Origin: a virus
Taxonomy: Duplodnaviria; Heunggongvirae; Uroviricota; Caudoviricetes
Length of the DNA stretch: 36,622 nt
Strand: one strand, 5' to 3'
IMG/VR virus record: IMGVR_UViG_2531839531_000013
Span: 1 to 36,622 of that record
In this document: one piece after another, positions 35,037-36,622 of the stretch
How positions within the stretch are numbered: position 1 is the stretch's first letter
Layout of the letters: the number at the start of each line of letters is the position of its first letter
Notes under the pieces: model-generated
Told to the model about the DNA's origin: nothing
What the model saw: only the letters and a program-made list of their open reading frames with translations
The model's database searches: none
Program-made: the position numbers and the translations under genes

Positions 35037-35130
35037 GAGCATTAAAAACGCGTAAGACGAGCAAATACAACAAAACACTAACACATTGTTTTTAAATATA
35101 AATAGCTGTTTTTACTATACTAAAAATGGT

Positions 35131-35177
35131 ATGTAGGAATTTCGGACGCGGGTTCAACTCCCGCCAGCTCCACCAAA
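35131..35177. repeat. attR core of the 186-like prophage, and also the ssrA-derived junction of the downstream intA island
   Basis: A 47-bp copy of the ssrA 3' end, identical to 358-404. Confidence 0.92.
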
Positions 35178-35222
35178 ATTCTCCATCGGTGATTACCAGA
35201 GTCATCCGATGAAGTCCTAAGA

Positions 35223-35254
35223 GCCCGCACGGCGCAAGCCCTGCGGGCTTTTTT
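35223..35254 (+). terminator. Native ssrA rho-independent terminator (displaced by the prophage)
   Basis: GCCCGCA-cggcgcaagccc-TGCGGGC followed by TTTTTT. The sequence after the repeat matches the E. coli ssrA downstream region as I remember it. Confidence 0.7.
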
Positions 35255-35380
35255 GTGCCCTCAATTTGTCCCGCGAAGTCCGAAGAAAACTAATTAAATC
35301 CGATCCTTTTAGGCACCTTGTTAGGCACCTCATAAAGCTTTATTGTTTTTTGAGGTGCCTAAAACTATGGAAACCCGGCA

Positions 35381-36622
35381 ATGGCAAGACAAACCAAACC
35401 TCTATCCGTTAAAGAAATAGAATCAGCCAAACCCAAGGAGGCGGACTACGTTCTCTATGATGGCGATGGCCTTGAGCTACTCATTAAATCCAGCGGGAGT
35501 AAAATCTGGCAGTTTCGCTACATTCGCCCTGTCACCAAGAAACGAGCAAAGAAGAGCATAGGCTCCTACCCGTCAGTTACCCTTGCCGATGCCAGAAACT
35601 ACCGTGCAGAGTCCCGCTCACTACTGGCTAAACAGATCGATCCGCAGGAACATCAGCAAGAACAATTGCGCAGTTCGCTGGAAGCCAAAACCAACACTTT
35701 CCAACTCGTAGCTGAACGTTGGTGGAATGTGAAGAAAGCCAGTGTGACAGAGGACTATGCGGAAGATATCTGGCGCTCTCTTGAAAGAGACGTCTTTCCT
35801 GCGATTGGCGACGTTAGCGTTACAGATATTAAAGCTCATACACTGGTTCAGGCCGTACAACCGGTTCAGGCCAGAGGAGCACTGGAAACTGTTCGTCGCC
35901 TGTGCCAACGTATTAATGAGGTCATGATCTATGCCCAGAACACAGGGCTGATTGATGCTGTTCCCAGCGTTAATATCGGTAAAGCCTTCGAGAAGCCTCA
36001 GAAAAAGAACATGCCCAGCATTCGACCGGATCAGCTACCTCAGTTAATGCAGACGATGCGAACAGCCAGCATTAGCCTTTCCACACGCTGCCTGTTCATG
36101 TGGCAACTTCTTACTATTACCCGCCCTGCCGAAGCGGCTGAAGCTCTCTGGGAAGAGGTAGACATAGAAGCGCGAGAGTGGAAGATTCCTGCAGCACGCA
36201 TGAAAATGAACCGCGACCATACTGTTCCATTGTCAGATGAAGCAATTGCGATACTAGAGATGATGAAGCCGTTAAGTGGAAATCGAGAATTTATCTTTCC
36301 CAGCCGCATCAAGCCAAACCAGCCGATGAACAGTCAGACCGTAAACGCATCGCTAAAACGCGCAGGTTTTGGTGGGGTGCTCGTTTCACACGGCCTGCGA
36401 TCTATCGCCAGTACAGCCCTTAATGAGCAGGGATTTCCACCTGATGTTATTGAGGCTGCACTTGCTCATGTGGATAAGAATGAGGTTCGTCGTGCGTATA
36501 ACCGTAGTGATTATCTTGAGCAGCGACGGCCTATGATGCAGTGGTGGGCTGATTTTGTGATGGCTGCAGATCACGGTAGTATGATTGAAGGAGGGATAAA
36601 GGCAATGCGGTTAGTTGGATGA
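35381..36622 (+). CDS. intA: P4-family tyrosine integrase (CP4-57 IntA-like)
   Basis: 413 aa. MARQTKPL...LYDGDGL.LLIKSSGSK.WQFRY N-terminus, with TITRPAEAA, HGLRSIAST and AHVDKNEVRRAYNRSDY catalytic motifs. Closely resembles K-12 IntA as I remember it. Confidence 0.93.
   Translation: MARQTKPLSVKEIESAKPKEADYVLYDGDGLELLIKSSGSKIWQFRYIRPVTKKRAKKSIGSYPSVTLADARNYRAESRSLLAKQIDPQEHQQEQLRSSLEAKTNTFQLVAERWWNVKKASVTEDYAEDIWRSLERDVFPAIGDVSVTDIKAHTLVQAVQPVQARGALETVRRLCQRINEVMIYAQNTGLIDAVPSVNIGKAFEKPQKKNMPSIRPDQLPQLMQTMRTASISLSTRCLFMWQLLTITRPAEAAEALWEEVDIEAREWKIPAARMKMNRDHTVPLSDEAIAILEMMKPLSGNREFIFPSRIKPNQPMNSQTVNASLKRAGFGGVLVSHGLRSIASTALNEQGFPPDVIEAALAHVDKNEVRRAYNRSDYLEQRRPMMQWWADFVMAADHGSMIEGGIKAMRLVG

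Larger units (their letters stand above)
405..35130. mobile_element. 186/Fels-2/P2-like temperate prophage integrated in ssrA (~34.7 kb)
   Basis: Bounded by the 47-bp repeats. Contains a tyrosine integrase, a 186-type cI/apl/cII switch, replicase A, cos, and complete P2-order head, lysis and tail genes. Confidence 0.92.
35178..36622. mobile_element. Left end of a second, CP4-57-like ssrA island (continues beyond the window)
   Basis: A P4-type integrase gene lies ~200 bp downstream of the ssrA-derived core. Confidence 0.75.

Noticed and set aside
1-36622. CRISPR arrays, tRNA or rRNA genes, IS elements or transposase genes.
   Set aside because: I saw no regularly spaced direct repeats, no cloverleaf-like genes other than the tRNA-like ends of ssrA, and no transposase-like ORFs or terminal inverted repeats.

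Overview
Enterobacterial (E. coli-type) ssrA locus. The complete tmRNA gene lies at 40-402. A ~34.7-kb 186/Fels-2/P2-like temperate myovirus prophage (405-35130) is integrated into its 3' end, bounded by 47-bp direct repeats at 358-404 and 35131-35177. After the prophage come the native ssrA terminator and the P4-type integrase (intA-like, 35381-36622) of a second, CP4-57-like island, so this is a tandem island array at ssrA. The prophage backbone is syntenic with P2/186: ogr/B, D-U-T-E/E+E'-FII-FI tail genes, an invertase with an invertible tail-fibre segment, G-H-I-J-W-V baseplate and fibre genes, S-R, a lysis cassette, X-L-M-N-O head genes, divergent P-Q, cos, an SOS-controlled Tum/DinI-like module, replicase A, Dam, and a 186-type switch region (cII, apl, cI, int). 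One backbone defect is visible: an apparent 1-nt frameshift in scaffold gene O. Four visibly AT-rich cargo loci sit on both sides of attP and both sides of cos. (1) 511-1687 holds a compact 257-aa reverse transcriptase preceded by an overlapping small membrane ORF and a densely structured leader RNA; I consider this the best candidate for an undescribed RT-based system. (2) 23522-24220 holds a zinc-ribbon + DUF4145-like protein wedged between portal gene Q and cos. (3) 24532-25251 holds an HNH nuclease with an unknown beta-rich C-terminal domain at the P2 old/tin position. (4) 33202-34935 holds a P-loop kinase-like + cytidine deaminase fusion, which matches the known dCTP-deaminase defence type. 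All calls rest on reading the sequence and on remembered family motifs. No database search was run.
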